Positions 27,159 to 40,195 of a stretch of 64,000 nucleotides of DNA are shown one piece after another. The position numbers and the translations under genes are program-made. Numbering within the stretch: position 1 is the first letter of the stretch; the number at the start of each line of letters is the position of its first letter. The stretch spans positions 5,384,722 through 5,448,721 of the forward strand of contig OZ037766.1 of assembly GCA_964035545.1 (NCBI GenBank), given 5' to 3'. A model generated the notes under the pieces. That model had not been told where the DNA came from, made no database searches, and worked only from the letters and a program-made list of their open reading frames with translations. This DNA is from Bugula neritina (taxonomy: Eukaryota; Animalia; Bryozoa).

Positions 27159-30100
27159 ATGCCACCTAAAAGACAACAGAAGGTAAATTTAATAAGAATA
27201 TTTTCTTGCCCAAGTATTCCAATAGTTGCTAAAAATAAAATAGAAAAGTCGTTTATATGTTATTTCTTTAGTTTGAATTTATATTATTATTAGGCTTATG
27301 CTTTATGATCTGTCTTTAATGATTATCATCATTATGATTAATATTATCATTATCATTACAAATAATTTTGTTTTAGTTTTTAAAATGAAAATTAAAAATA
27401 AAATACAATTTTATGTTCTTTTTTTACTCTATAAGTATATAACTGTGTATTCAATTTATTATTGTACTTAAAATTTATTCTTTTCACCATAAGCATAGAT
27501 ACATTTATATAAATAATAATATGACTATCAACCATGTTTGGTGTACTAATATAGTAAAAGTAATGTTATGTAATAGACATAGTAATATTAATAGCCATTA
27601 TCAGTTATTGTTTATTCATTCTAATTCTATAATAGAGTTACATCAACATGATTAATTCATGAATAGTAACCTCATGGTAGTAATGCCATTTAATTTTATG
27701 TCAGCATGCTTTTGATCTTTCAACTGGGTGTTAGTATTTATTTAATTTTTTTGTAATTAACATTATGTTCCTGTACTTTAAGTACCAGAAAGAAACATCT
27801 GATATTGCTAGCAAATTTGCTTTTGGTGCCCAAATGAATTTAATTATGATATGTTGCAAATAAATTTATCTCAATGTTTTACAGGCACTTGCTGGAAAAG
27901 GAGGAAGAAATAGAAGGGTATAGTACTATAAAATATATTGCCATAAGCATAATAAAATGCTTTGTTACTAAAGAATATTGGAACTTATCAAATTTATACT
28001 TTGAAGAAGATATTTTATTATTAAATAACTTTTAATTGTTACCAAATTAAAGGTTGAGTTTTTAATTAAAAGCTATTACATGAATTTTTACAATGCCATC
28101 TGCTGCATGTTAAAATAAAATTCGTAAAGTACTTTTTTGCAATGAAATATCAATTTTTAATTATTTAGCTTTAGCATATTGTGTTTGATTAAAAAAGTTG
28201 CTAGATACATAATGTTGAGTATCAATTTTGAACTAGGATCCTAAAGGACCTTCTACGGCCGTATTTGAAAGCTTTGCGGTAAATTACAACAAGACTTGCA
28301 TTGATATATTATTTTAATATGAGACATATAATTTGTTATCACATATAGATAATGCAGCATACACTGAGTTTTATTATTTTGGTGTAATTTGCACTTTACA
28401 AACTAAGCTTTGGGCACTGTTAAATTTCTTGTAGTGTATGGTATGAAATATTTAAATCATATATGTTGCTTATTGCTCTGTCACCTTTATTTAGTGTCGA
28501 ATAGTTCACAACTAAAATAGTTATTCCCGGTTATATTTGCACTACTTTATTCTCTGCTTGTTTGTTGTATAATAAAGGAAGATGATGATTTAACTGAAGT
28601 TGGTGATCAAGATGAATGGTTAAATGCAAAAACCTTGGTAAAACCTGAAGATCAGCTCAACCTAACAGAAGTTGTAAGTTTTAATGTTTGTATGCTATGC
28701 TCACTTTTGCTTGCCTTTTGCCGCCATGGATGAGCGGCAGGTTTCTCCTAGTTTCATCAGCTTCTTCTATCTTACCAGTGTTGTATGTTATACTTAGGTT
28801 AAAGAGAGAGTTTCATTTGTATAAGAGAATCATGATGATGTAATTTGATTACAGGAACTGAAAGAGGAGATAACTCGAATTCTAACAGCCAACAACCCTC
28901 ATGCCCCCCAAAACATCGTAAGATACAGTTTCAAGGAGAACACCTACAAGCAGACGGCTCACGTGGATCAGTTAGCTGTGCATTTCTCTCTAGATGGTAA
29001 CTTACTTCACAAAGAGTCGGATGAGGCTAAAAGACAGCTGACTCGGCAAGGCATTGCTGAAGGTGGGGTGACAATTATGCTCATTTCAAACTTATAATGA
29101 AACCATTTACTAATTGCCAGTCATTGTTTTTATTCTTGTCATTTTATTAGTTATCTATTTTTCATTTTCCGCCCATGAATAATTAAGTAAGCTGCATGTG
29201 TGGAACAATACATTTAGGAAATTATATTGCACCTTCTGAAATATAATGTGACATTAATTTATAAATTAATTGTTTATAGCCTATTCATACTATGGTTCAG
29301 GTAAGACAACTTCACAGACATAATTGCTTGCACTTTTTTGTTAAAGAAAAGAAAACAACTCCAACAACTATGTTGTAGTTTGCAGTTAAATGCCATAATA
29401 TGGCAATATACTTATCGCATGCCATTGTTGTGTAGCCTGTGTTACTCTCACATAATTTAGGATGAACTAAGTCTATAATTTCTTTGCACGCGCAATTTTA
29501 TGTTTTGTAATCACAAATTGCATCATATGCCATTATTTATAAGTCATCTCTGGAGCTCATTTTTAATTTATTTACAATGACTCGGTTTTATCTGAACATT
29601 CTCTCTACTCTTCAAAAAAAAATATATTTATAAATTATAGTGTGAAAATGCAGAAATAATAATAGCGTGTTTATTATTAATTGTTGCTGGCTAAAATTTG
29701 ATTGGGTTATTTCTTAGCAAAATGTGTACAAGAGTGACTATTTATTTATAAACCAACTGTTTTGAGCATATTTCTACCTCTTTTTTTGTACTTAGAAAAT
29801 TATTTTTATCTCATTTTCTTAAAATTGCTATGTTGTCATCATATGATGTTTGTTTGTGAAATGCTGCCACTTATGAAGATCAATATTCTACTTGTGCAAG
29901 AAAAATCACGTGGAAATAAGTAGCATTCGGTGCATGTGTCCTCACATCTGTTTCACTGTACGGCAGCTCCAGCAGACGAAGATGCTGCCGAGGAGGAAGC
30001 TGAGAAGACGGATGAAGTGAAAGCAGAAGGAGACGAAAAAGGAGCCTCACCTGAACCAAAATCTGGGGGAGGAGCAAAAAAACTGACCAATCAGTTCAAC

Positions 30101-33100
30101 TACAGCGAAAGAGCTTCACAGACTTACAACAACCCTCATCGGGTGAGTGGGAGGGGGCGCGGTTGATACTTCCAACATACTTACTCTAGATTGTGCTAGA
30201 TTTTAGTCTAATATTTTCTGTACATTAAATTATTATTTTATATGGAGTCAGAAAGGATTGCTTTTCTTTCATAGCCAGTGCAATATTCATGTTTTTACAA
30301 TGGTTTAGGAGCGGGGCACTGCTACAGAGCCCCCACCTCGAGCCACTTTCTCAGCTAATGCCAGCCAGTGGGAAATATTTGATGCATACAAAGAGGATTT
30401 TGAACGCCAGGTATGTCTTGTGTGTCTATGGCCTCAAGCAGTGGTAGCTAGATAGTGAGCACTATGTATTATGTAACCTACGACATGGAAGTTTTCAAGT
30501 TGCAGTGATTCAAACTAACAAGTGTTTAGATTGGCACATTTTTTAAAAATATTTTCAAAAGAATAAATTTTAAAAACTTGCCAATATTGTTCATATGTTT
30601 TTTGGTGTGCTGATTGTTTGAAGGTTTGGCTAGCAGTAATACTATCACAGTTTGATATAACCAGTGTGTCAACATTGTGTGCTGCCGGTATTTGTTTGCT
30701 GTCGTTTTGTGCTGTGCTCATCACTAATTCACTCATTAACAGATGCTTAAAAAGATTGAGGAAGGTGGACTATCACGCGAGGAAAAACAAAAATTAGCTC
30801 TTGCGGTAATACTAAAGCTAATATAATATTACCCAATATGTTTTTGTGTTCAACTGATGATTTCCTTATGCTTTGTTTTTAGCCGAAGCTGAAAATACAA
30901 GTCAAGTATTACATTTTCAACATTTTTGACATGTAATCTATAGTAATTTTTTTATGTTTACTAGGCTCAACACTACTTCATTATCCTAGATTTTTAATAA
31001 AGATAATTTGGAAATTTTTAAACAAGTAAAAAGTTGGGTGAGTCACGCAGTCTGGTGTTATTCACAAGAGTGTATTGCTTTCAGGAAAGGAATAAAGAGA
31101 AAAAACTGCCTGGCAGAAAAGATGAGTCTAAAAACAAAAAGAAACTTACTTCTATTGATGGGCAGGTAATTTTTAAAAACAATACATTTCTTATGTGCCA
31201 GTATATACTGGTGTATTAATTTGTTGAAACTATTTCCATTTCTGCTTACCAGTAAAGTAATGAAAAGAATGTAATGTGTAAGATATGATAAAAGTATAAT
31301 ATGTTTGTCTTAAAGTGTTGAGAAGCATATGGTAAGTATATGCAGTTATTCTACTGCTTTATTTTTTTTTTGTTTCTACATAAAACTGATAATAACCATA
31401 GATATATGAGACTGCATAGCAAACCATATTTCTACCATGTGCCATGTAGGAATTTCGCTTTATTTGGATGTTATTGTCGTATTGTGCTTATCATGCAATA
31501 TGCTGCAGAATGATGATTTCAACCTGATTAGCAAGGCTGTTAAAGTGATAGAGAGAATGGTTAATCAGAATTCATTTGATGATGTAGCGCAAGGTAGTTC
31601 CCTTTTTTATCCCCTCCCATGCAGGCGCTTTAAATGGCTTGTTTTTAACATGGATGAATTGTGATGGGTGAAAATATAATAAAATGTCCTTTAAAAGTTT
31701 GCAAGAGTTTTGGAATAATGCAATTTTGTCAAATGAAGAACAAATAATGCTATCTAAAATTTATAGAAAGGGCATCTATCGCAATTCATTCAATGTTGGA
31801 GCAAGTGTAGTTCCTGCATTTAATGATATAGTGAACTAATATGTATACCAAATGAATGATGATATGTTATAGAGTGATAACCTGGGCTATATCAGCTCAG
31901 CTTCAAAGATTGTTGAAAGGATGATAAACCAAAACACATTTGATGATGTGTGTCAAGGTAGAATGTGTTGCTCAAATATTAAAAAAGATTTATGGCTTCT
32001 AAACAGTTACTATTTGATTCTAATGCTCATCTAATCTGAACAGAAACTCCCAGGCTACTAAGATTACAACAGGCAATTTTTGACTTTTTAGAGTTGTCTG
32101 CCCACACATACACTCATATTAATTATGTTGTCAATGTGCTCTAATTATCCTGGGAATTTCCAATATTAAAATGAATCATGTTTTGCATTAATAGCACAAC
32201 CACATATGTTTGTGCTTATATTTTAATTGCTGAGCAAAACATTAAATAAAACATAAACATAATACTACTATACAGGAAGTAAAAAAATTGCAATGCTGTG
32301 TGGCTCATGCTTTATTAACTAATATCTTGTTGATTGCTTTTTTAGCTGTTCTGTTATAATTTATGCCCACTTCTACAGACACTGAGTGCATACTGTAGAG
32401 TGGTGCAGAAATGTTTGTTCCATTTTTGGGCTTGTGACATACTTGGTATATCTGGGGTTTGAACTCATGACTTACATTGCTTACAGACAGCGTGTTATTC
32501 TGTGGCATCAATACTCTTTACACATTAATGCATGCTGTGGCAGGTAGACTTGTTAATTGGAGTGCTCTAATAACTTTTACTGTATGTATTACAAACAATG
32601 TACAGTATGTAAAACCAGGTAACGTGGCCATAGTATTTTGTACATTTATATCTAAGCTATTGAATATATATCCATGTATGATCACGCAAGTTTATAGTCG
32701 CTATCCCTGTGAGAAACCCCTGATAGAAAGGGTTTTTGTTAGAACGGGCTAAGGACATGTTCAAATGAGGCACAGGAGCAATTATGACTGGATGCTCTTC
32801 CTAACATCACCAATGGCCTTTGTCGGGGTTTGAACCCACAACTTCGTGTTCACAAAGCGAACGCTCTAACCCCTAGACCACGGCTGCTCCCTGAGTATAT
32901 CCATGTATATAATATCTTTATATATGGCAGCTACGTACTATTGTTATTGCATGCATTATATGTTGAACTGAAATAAACAAGTAGAATAATATGTCATAGA
33001 TTTCAAGTATTATGAAGATGTGTCGGATGAGTATAGAGATCAGGAGGGAACTCTGCTGCCCTTGTGGAAGTTTGCTTATGATAGATCTAAGAAGTTGGCT

Positions 33101-36100
33101 ATTACATCACTGTGCTGGAATCCTAAATACAGAGACCTCTTTGCAGTCTCTCACGGCTCATGTATGTACACAATATACGTCTGCTGTTGACATCATTTAT
33201 CTTCCTACTCTTCAACATGTATGAGAAGTTGTGCTCTCTTCATCACACTAATTTTTCTCTAATTCCTAAACTCAAAACTCTATATAACTTAATAGTTGAA
33301 ATAGGTTCTAAAGCATAAATTGAATATAATACATGATACATTATTTTATTTTGTGAGTTGTTAATTTTCATATTGAGTGACATGTACTCAAGTGAATTAA
33401 AGAACTTGAAAATTGTGACTAGACTGATATATAAGTAACTTAAGTAATATAAGATTAGCAGTTCACTTTGACATCATGAAAGTATATTCTTATTGAGTGA
33501 TTTTAATTTTCAGATGACTTCATGAAGCAGTCTAAAGGAATGATATGCTTCTACACACTGAAGAACCCTTCATTTCCTGAGTACACATTCCCGACAGAAT
33601 CGGGAGTTATGTGTCTTGACATACACCCGGAGCACCCGTATCTAGTAGCCGCCGGCTTTTATGATGGATCTGTTGGTGTCTTTAATGTGACTGAAGGAAA
33701 ATCGGTAGGTTTTCGTGGATGTCTATATTCTACTTTTACAAAATTTGTATGACAAGTCAAAGTTGTGTTCATTGTAACCATAGTAACCATAAGTTATGCA
33801 ACCATGTCTCACTCTACAGGTGGCACAGTACATGAGCACGGCAAAGAATGGCAAACACACCGACCCCGTCTGGCAAGTCAGGTGGCAGAAGAATGATCTA
33901 GATAATAATCTGAATTTCTATTCCGTATCCTCAGACGGCAGAATTGTGCAGTGGACTTTGGTCAAGGTAAAACAAGTTTTTAATTGTTTTGAAAGTATAA
34001 CTGACAATATCTTTGGGTTATTAAGTGCCTGGAGAAGTATAAAGACTTTATTGGTTACTATTTGATGGATATTATGTTGACATGTTGTGTTTTAGAATGA
34101 ACTACACTTCCACGACGTGATTCATCTTTCTCTAGCAGAAGGATCAAATGACAGTCCAGATGGAGGCCAACTATCAACACTTTGTGAGTTGTCACCCTTT
34201 TTTCTTGTCTATCCAACTATAACCTGCCAACAAAACTGGTTATTTCTCATTTATAGAACTTGTTTATTGTTTATTTCTTGTAAAATTATTTATTTAGGCT
34301 GTGGTACAACGTTCGATTTCCATCCACAAACAGACTACATGTTTCTTGTGGGAACAGAGGAGGGGAAAATACACAAGTGCTCTAAGGCTTACTCAACCCA
34401 GTTCTTAGATTCGATAGATGCCCATCACATGGCCGTTTACAAAGTGTCATGGAACAAGTTTCATCCCAAAATATTTATCACATGCAGCGCTGACTGGACT
34501 GTGAAAATTTGGGACCATACTGTCAAGTTAGTTGTATTTCTTAGCAATTTGTTCAATATTTAAATACTATTGGTACAGGTATTGTTTCTATATTAGCTCT
34601 AACGATGCTGTAGATTTCCCATCCCTAGTTGTTCAAGAAAGTGCATTTGGAAGGTAAATTGTTGCACTGGCTGCTAGTTTTAACTACCTAAAGTCTACTG
34701 GTGATGTTTGTAATTATTTATATACTAAAACAGAGATTCAAGTGTTAAACACATTGTTTTATTAAAATCATACACCCATTATGATAGGGTCGACCTAAAC
34801 TCATTTTGTTGAGATATAAACTTGCTCATCATATGTCAACAACGTTTTACCACATGATTGTAAACATTGCTGTTCTGTAGACACATCTTACTATGTTATG
34901 TAGACACATCTTACTATGTTCTGTAGACACATCTTACTATGTTCTGTAGAGACATCTTACTACGTTCTGTAGACACATCTTACTATGTTCTGTAGACAAA
35001 TCTTACTATGTTCTGTAGACACATCCTACTATGTTCTGTAGACACATCCTACTATGTTCTGTAGACACATCCTACTATGTTCTGTAGACACATCTTACTA
35101 TGTTCTGTAGAGATCCGATGTTCACATTTGACTTGAGTAGTTCTGTTGGAGATGTAGCCTGGGCTCCCTATTCAGCCACAGTGTTTGCTGCAGTAACAGC
35201 TGATGGGAAGGTAACTCCCACTTTCAGCTTAATAAAACTTTCTAAACATTACTCAATAAATAAATAATTTAGATACAAAAACAATATTGGCCTTTTTCTG
35301 TTTATATTTTAAGACGTTGTGTTTTGCTATTTTGCAATGTTCCATGCGAGATATATTCATCAGAAATCTCATGACATACAGCAATATTTTAGTAACACGA
35401 CTGACTATTATGTGGTTCATGTATAAAACATATTTTATACTTTGAACAGGTGTTTGTGTATGACTTAAACATCAACAAATATGAACCAATCTGTGAACAA
35501 TCGGTAGTGGCTAAAAAGAAGACTAAGCTCACACATATATCTTTCAACCCGTACCACCCCATCCTAATTGTTGGAGATGAGAGAGGCTATGTTACGAGTC
35601 TCAAGCTGTCACCTAACCTAAGGAAGTTGCCAAAGGTTTGTATATACAAATTATGTTATTTCAGCTTCACTTTTTAGCAATATATCGTTAACAATAATTT
35701 TTTTATTACAGTGCGCAATTTTGATTCAATGCTGTGTGTTTTAGAAAAGAATTTACTTAATTTTAGCTTAAAAACAAAATTAAGATGAAGAATAATGATT
35801 AACATTTAAAATGTAGCATTTTGTCAGTATTTTTATTAATATGAATGATGATGCAATTGGTTACATTTTCAGGCTCCCAAATCAATGATGGTACATTTTA
35901 TCACCTTATAAATGCTCATATTTTGAAACATTATTATTTTCATGTGTGCACTATAGTATTATATTGCATGAAGTTTTTAAATTTAGCAACATGCACCCGC
36001 CCCCTCAGTGAAAACTTGTCTCTGAAAAGCACTATTGTTTGGTTCAACAAGTTTAGGCCAACTCTAAAAATACCCCATATGATTAAGACTTTTCCAGTCA

Positions 36101-36985
36101 AAGAATATATGTTTTTAGAGTTATTCTCTTGTTTTTTTCTCGGTTTCGCAACTAGATAATGTAGAAAATATATTATTTTATGTACCACATCTTTTGTTCA
36201 CTTTTCCTTTTGACTATTACTGGTTTTTTTAATTATTTGTTTCCAACTTGAATGATTTATTATGTTCAGAATTCAAATAACTTTGACCGGCGAGCAAAGG
36301 GACAGGTAATACCTTATATAGAGCTAGACTGTGATAAACTCTCCTATTTCTTGATATCCATGTCTGTTAGATTTATATTCATGTAGTCTAACATCTTCAT
36401 GTCCAGCCCCAGCATTATTTAACAATGTGATGACAATTTTCTTTCTTTTAGAGTTGTCTTTTCTACTTTGCAATCCTTTCTAGACTCTTGTTACTAATAC
36501 TCCATGATGTTAATAATAAATTCCCTGTTTTCTAGCCAAATACTCAAAAACAAGATACTTGGTCACCATTTAATTGTAATATAATATAATTTATGTTTAA
36601 GTAATGTTAAAGCTGAAAACTGTGATGTAATAAAATGAAGTTTGTGTAATTTAGTATGTTGAGGTGTGTCTCTCCTCTGTCATATCTCCTCAGATGTGTA
36701 TTGAATTTACACTGGTGATATACTTCGTATATGCCCAATCAACTGACCAATTGTGTTGATATTCTATTCTTAGAAAGCTGCTAGCTGTGTTGTAGCTATG
36801 AATACATGCTGTGTAATTAAATTGCCATACTTTGCATACACCAATATTAAAATTGCCTAAGTTGCATATTTTTTATTCAGGGAAAGAAAGGGGCATCAGC
36901 AGAGATTACCCCAGAAGGAGAAATTGCCAAAATGGACAAGCTATTAGCATTGGTCAGGGAGCCAGAACTGGCTAAAAAGAACTGA
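27159..36985 (+). CDS. DNAI1: Axonemal outer-arm dynein intermediate chain 1 (IC78-like, WD40)
   Basis: Exons 27159-27182, 27885-27917, 28578-28673, 28855-29062, 29967-30142, 30309-30410, 31085-31165, (31509-31593 or 31873-31957), 33000-33161, 33514-33704, 33820-33966, 34096-34183, 34298-34526, 35111-35210, 35450-35635, 36881-36985. Motifs [77 protein letters not shown]. Confidence 0.95.
32683..32892 (-). mobile_element. tRNA-derived SINE, family 1, full length
   Basis: Reverse complement aligns end to end with 37663-37874; pol III A and B boxes at its 5' end. Confidence 0.85.
34871..35110 (+). repeat. 23-bp minisatellite, 10 copies plus a partial, ending in the DNAI1 splice acceptor
   Basis: TGTTCTGTAGACACATC(T/C)TACTA x10, then TGTTCTGTAG|exon at 35111. 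Confidence 0.95.
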
Positions 36986-37662
36986 ATAGACAACACATAA
37001 TATAGCCTCATGTGTTTATATTATGATAGGCATGGTTTACTCCTAAGTTCATATGTTTTATGGTAGAACAGGTTCATATTTTATGGTCACCTTTTAAGTG
37101 AAGGTCAAAATTTCTATTCATTACAATATTTATTTCTATTTATTTCATATATCTTAAAATAAAAAAAATGTATTTGTTCATAAAACTGGTGTTTAATCAT
37201 TCACTATAACAGAAATAATAATATATAAGGTTAAAAGTAGAGTGTAATACATATTTCAATTTTATTGGTAATTTCATGTACAAAGCAGTTGGTGAAGTAC
37301 AAATATTAAGTATTACTTTGCCGAGTAAACTTAGAATGACTGCTGAAGTAAGTTTGTGTGAGCTAGATGTAGTATCTATGTGTGTACATGACTTGAAGTC
37401 TAGGCATAACTTAGCAGCTAGTCTAATTTCACACTTGGTCATAACGAAATCTCAACTTTAATAAAAGGAGCACCAACATAATTTCCTGAGTCTGTGAAGC
37501 ACATAATGTGAGCCAATTTTAAGTGTCTCCACTGAAGGTTAACAATTTGGGAATAACAGAACTTGTTGGAATAAAAATCGGAAAATAAAATTTATATCTA
37601 AAGCTTGATGATGTAAGCTACATGCCAGTATGAAATATGCATAGAATATTTATTGTCAGCTG

Positions 37663-37874
37663 AGGGAGCAGCCGTGGTTTAGGGGTTAGAGCGTCTGCCT
37701 AGTAAACACGAAGGTCATGGGTTCGAGCCCAGACAAAGGCCATTGGTGATGTTAGGAAGAACATCCAGTCATAATTGCTCCTGTGCCTCATTTAAATAAG
37801 TCCTTAGCCCGCTTTAACAAAAACCCTTTTTTATCAGGGGTTTCTCACAGGGATAGCAACTATAAACTTGCGTG
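37663..37874 (+). mobile_element. tRNA-derived SINE, family 1, full length
   Basis: A box TGGTTTAGGGG, B box GGTTCGAGCCC, then ~140 bp body shared with 32683-32892 and 38838-38950. Confidence 0.85.
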
Positions 37875-38837
37875 AGTTTACCTATCGTCAGCTGGAAAGC
37901 TGGTAAAATTGCTTGTAAATGCAAAGGGAGATAGAGTATAGATTTTGCATTATACATTATCTGTATTTAATATCATCTGTTTTGCAATAACATTACCTAA
38001 AGGCATTGCAATTAATACAGTATATCTTTGAGTACTTTGCATGGCAGTTTTATGGCTACTTTGCTATGTTTTTTCCTAAATCACTATTTTAAAAGAAGAG
38101 CTCGCACCTTAAACTTGCAGAAACTTTGGCTCAGCTATAACCAACATGAAGTATGAAATACTGGTAATACTACTGACTATTTAGCATGCAAATCTTTGCG
38201 CACTGTATTAAAGTTTATTTAGCTGGCCATCATTGTGGTAATACGAACTTTCGAAATTGTGAATTTGAAAATAAGCACATCAAATAAAATGTTTGAAGCG
38301 TTCATTTCAAAAGATTTTATCCCTACTGTACTTTTCTAACTTTAAAGAGTATTTTACCAAATTCATAATGTGCGGGGATATTGCACAATGCATTGTACAT
38401 TAGGTGTGCTGCGGCCAAGCATTTTTAATATTGCTATTTTTATGAATGTTATACTGGCTATCTCCATTATAGCCATAAAAATATGCTATCCTTAGCTGCT
38501 ACTATATTATTTTAGCTTGCAGCTAGTGGCTATTTTAAGGAGTAGTCTAACAAAAACTATTAGAATAAAGCTTTCCAAACCCAAACAAAGTTGAGCCATA
38601 AAAAGGAGAAAAATAGTAAAAAATATTATGTAAAATGTTGAAGTATTGGACTTATTTTCTAGCTGGCAACAATGTGGAGTTTTAGCACACAATAGTACAG
38701 TTTTGCTATTATATGCCAAGAAGCAACATGGCTAACTATACAATAACAATTTTTAGTTATATAAACATCTAATCTTTTTATCCCCTGAATGTTATGATTT
38801 GCACCCAAAGCTAGTTTATAGTGAAATAGAAACTCTA

Positions 38838-38950
38838 GCAAGTTTATAGTCTCTATCCCTGTGAGAATATACCCCTAATGGAAGAGGTTTTTGTTGAATC
38901 AGGCTAAGGACTTATTCAGATGAGGCACAGAAGCACCTATGACTGGATGC
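38838..38950 (-). mobile_element. 5'-truncated SINE family 1 copy
   Basis: GCAAGTTTATAGTC..TATCCCTGTGAGAA...GGCTAAGGAC...TGAGGCACAG...ATGACTGGATGC matches the 3' half of the other copies. Confidence 0.8.
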
Positions 38951-40195
38951 TTTTATGTGAGATTCATTTAATATCTAACAAGATGAAGAATCATGTGAAA
39001 TATATGCACTGCACAGATTTCAGGTAAATTAGTTTGTACACTGTATATAACAAATAGCAAGAGTAAAGTAGTTAAAAACTAGTCGGAAATATATTTCATA
39101 TAGTTGTATATAGTGTGGCATAGCTACTATGTTGTGTGTGATTGCAAAATATAGAAAAGTTGTTTTCAAAGTTAGTGGCTCAATCTTACTTAGCATTGTG
39201 GTGTGAGAACTTATCTAATAGATTACTTCTGAGTTGGGGAGGGGGTGATCAAGCACCCACCGTATTGTGTAAGCATATCTTTTAAATCTTAGGTTTATAA
39301 TGGCTATAGTTGCTTCTAGCATCTTACCTACTACACTCATGTCCCTTTCACTTATGGAAATCAAAATATTTTTAAACTAAATCCTTTGAAGATTTTGATG
39401 GCAAATAAATTGTTTTATTATTTTCCTCTGCCTTTGCAAGTTTTGACAAACTGAGAGCCTGGAGTATTCTTGTAACTGCAAAGCTTTTTTTCTCTAGACA
39501 CAGTATAATACTACGTAGTGTAGTGTGATATAATCTAACTTTAAGAGCTGTCACCATAGATTATTTAATACTGGATATATTCAGTAAAATTATCTGTAGG
39601 ATTAAGGTTGGACAACTCCTTACATTTCAATTGCAAGATACTTCAAGCATTGAGAAATTGAAGCTTTTTTACTTATTTTTACACTGTTACTCAGACACTT
39701 TAGTTTCATTTTTAATGAACAGTTTGCAGTGATACATTTGCTATTAAACTAAATTTTCTCCCTAGTTCAACAATGCCTGTATGTAACACCTACTCTGAAC
39801 ATTCTTCTAGCTGCAACATCAATTCAGTTGAGTTTTAAACTTGCTTTTAGGCAGATCACTACCTAAATCTTCAATGCCCAACATTACTTTAAAAAAGATA
39901 ATATACTAATTATTTATTGTCAACAAGTGTTGTGGCTATTCAAGCTTTTTACAACTTCTTTTTAGGGCAAATGCAAAATGTCATAGCTAAGAATATACAT
40001 AGAGCTCATACTTTTCTATTTTTTGTCGAAGATGATTATTTACCTCTACAGATGGTATGTAACATAGTTTAACAACGTCACTATGCAATATAATCTTGCC
40101 ACTGTATTTGTTTCTTTTATAAAAATTGATAACATTTTTCAACTGCCAGAAAATTAGCACAAGCAAGTAAAATTGGTTCTATAAAATAGTATAGT

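Noticed and set aside
37663-37740. tRNA gene
   Set aside because: A/B boxes present but no clean cloverleaf, and it continues into a body repeated elsewhere: SINE head.
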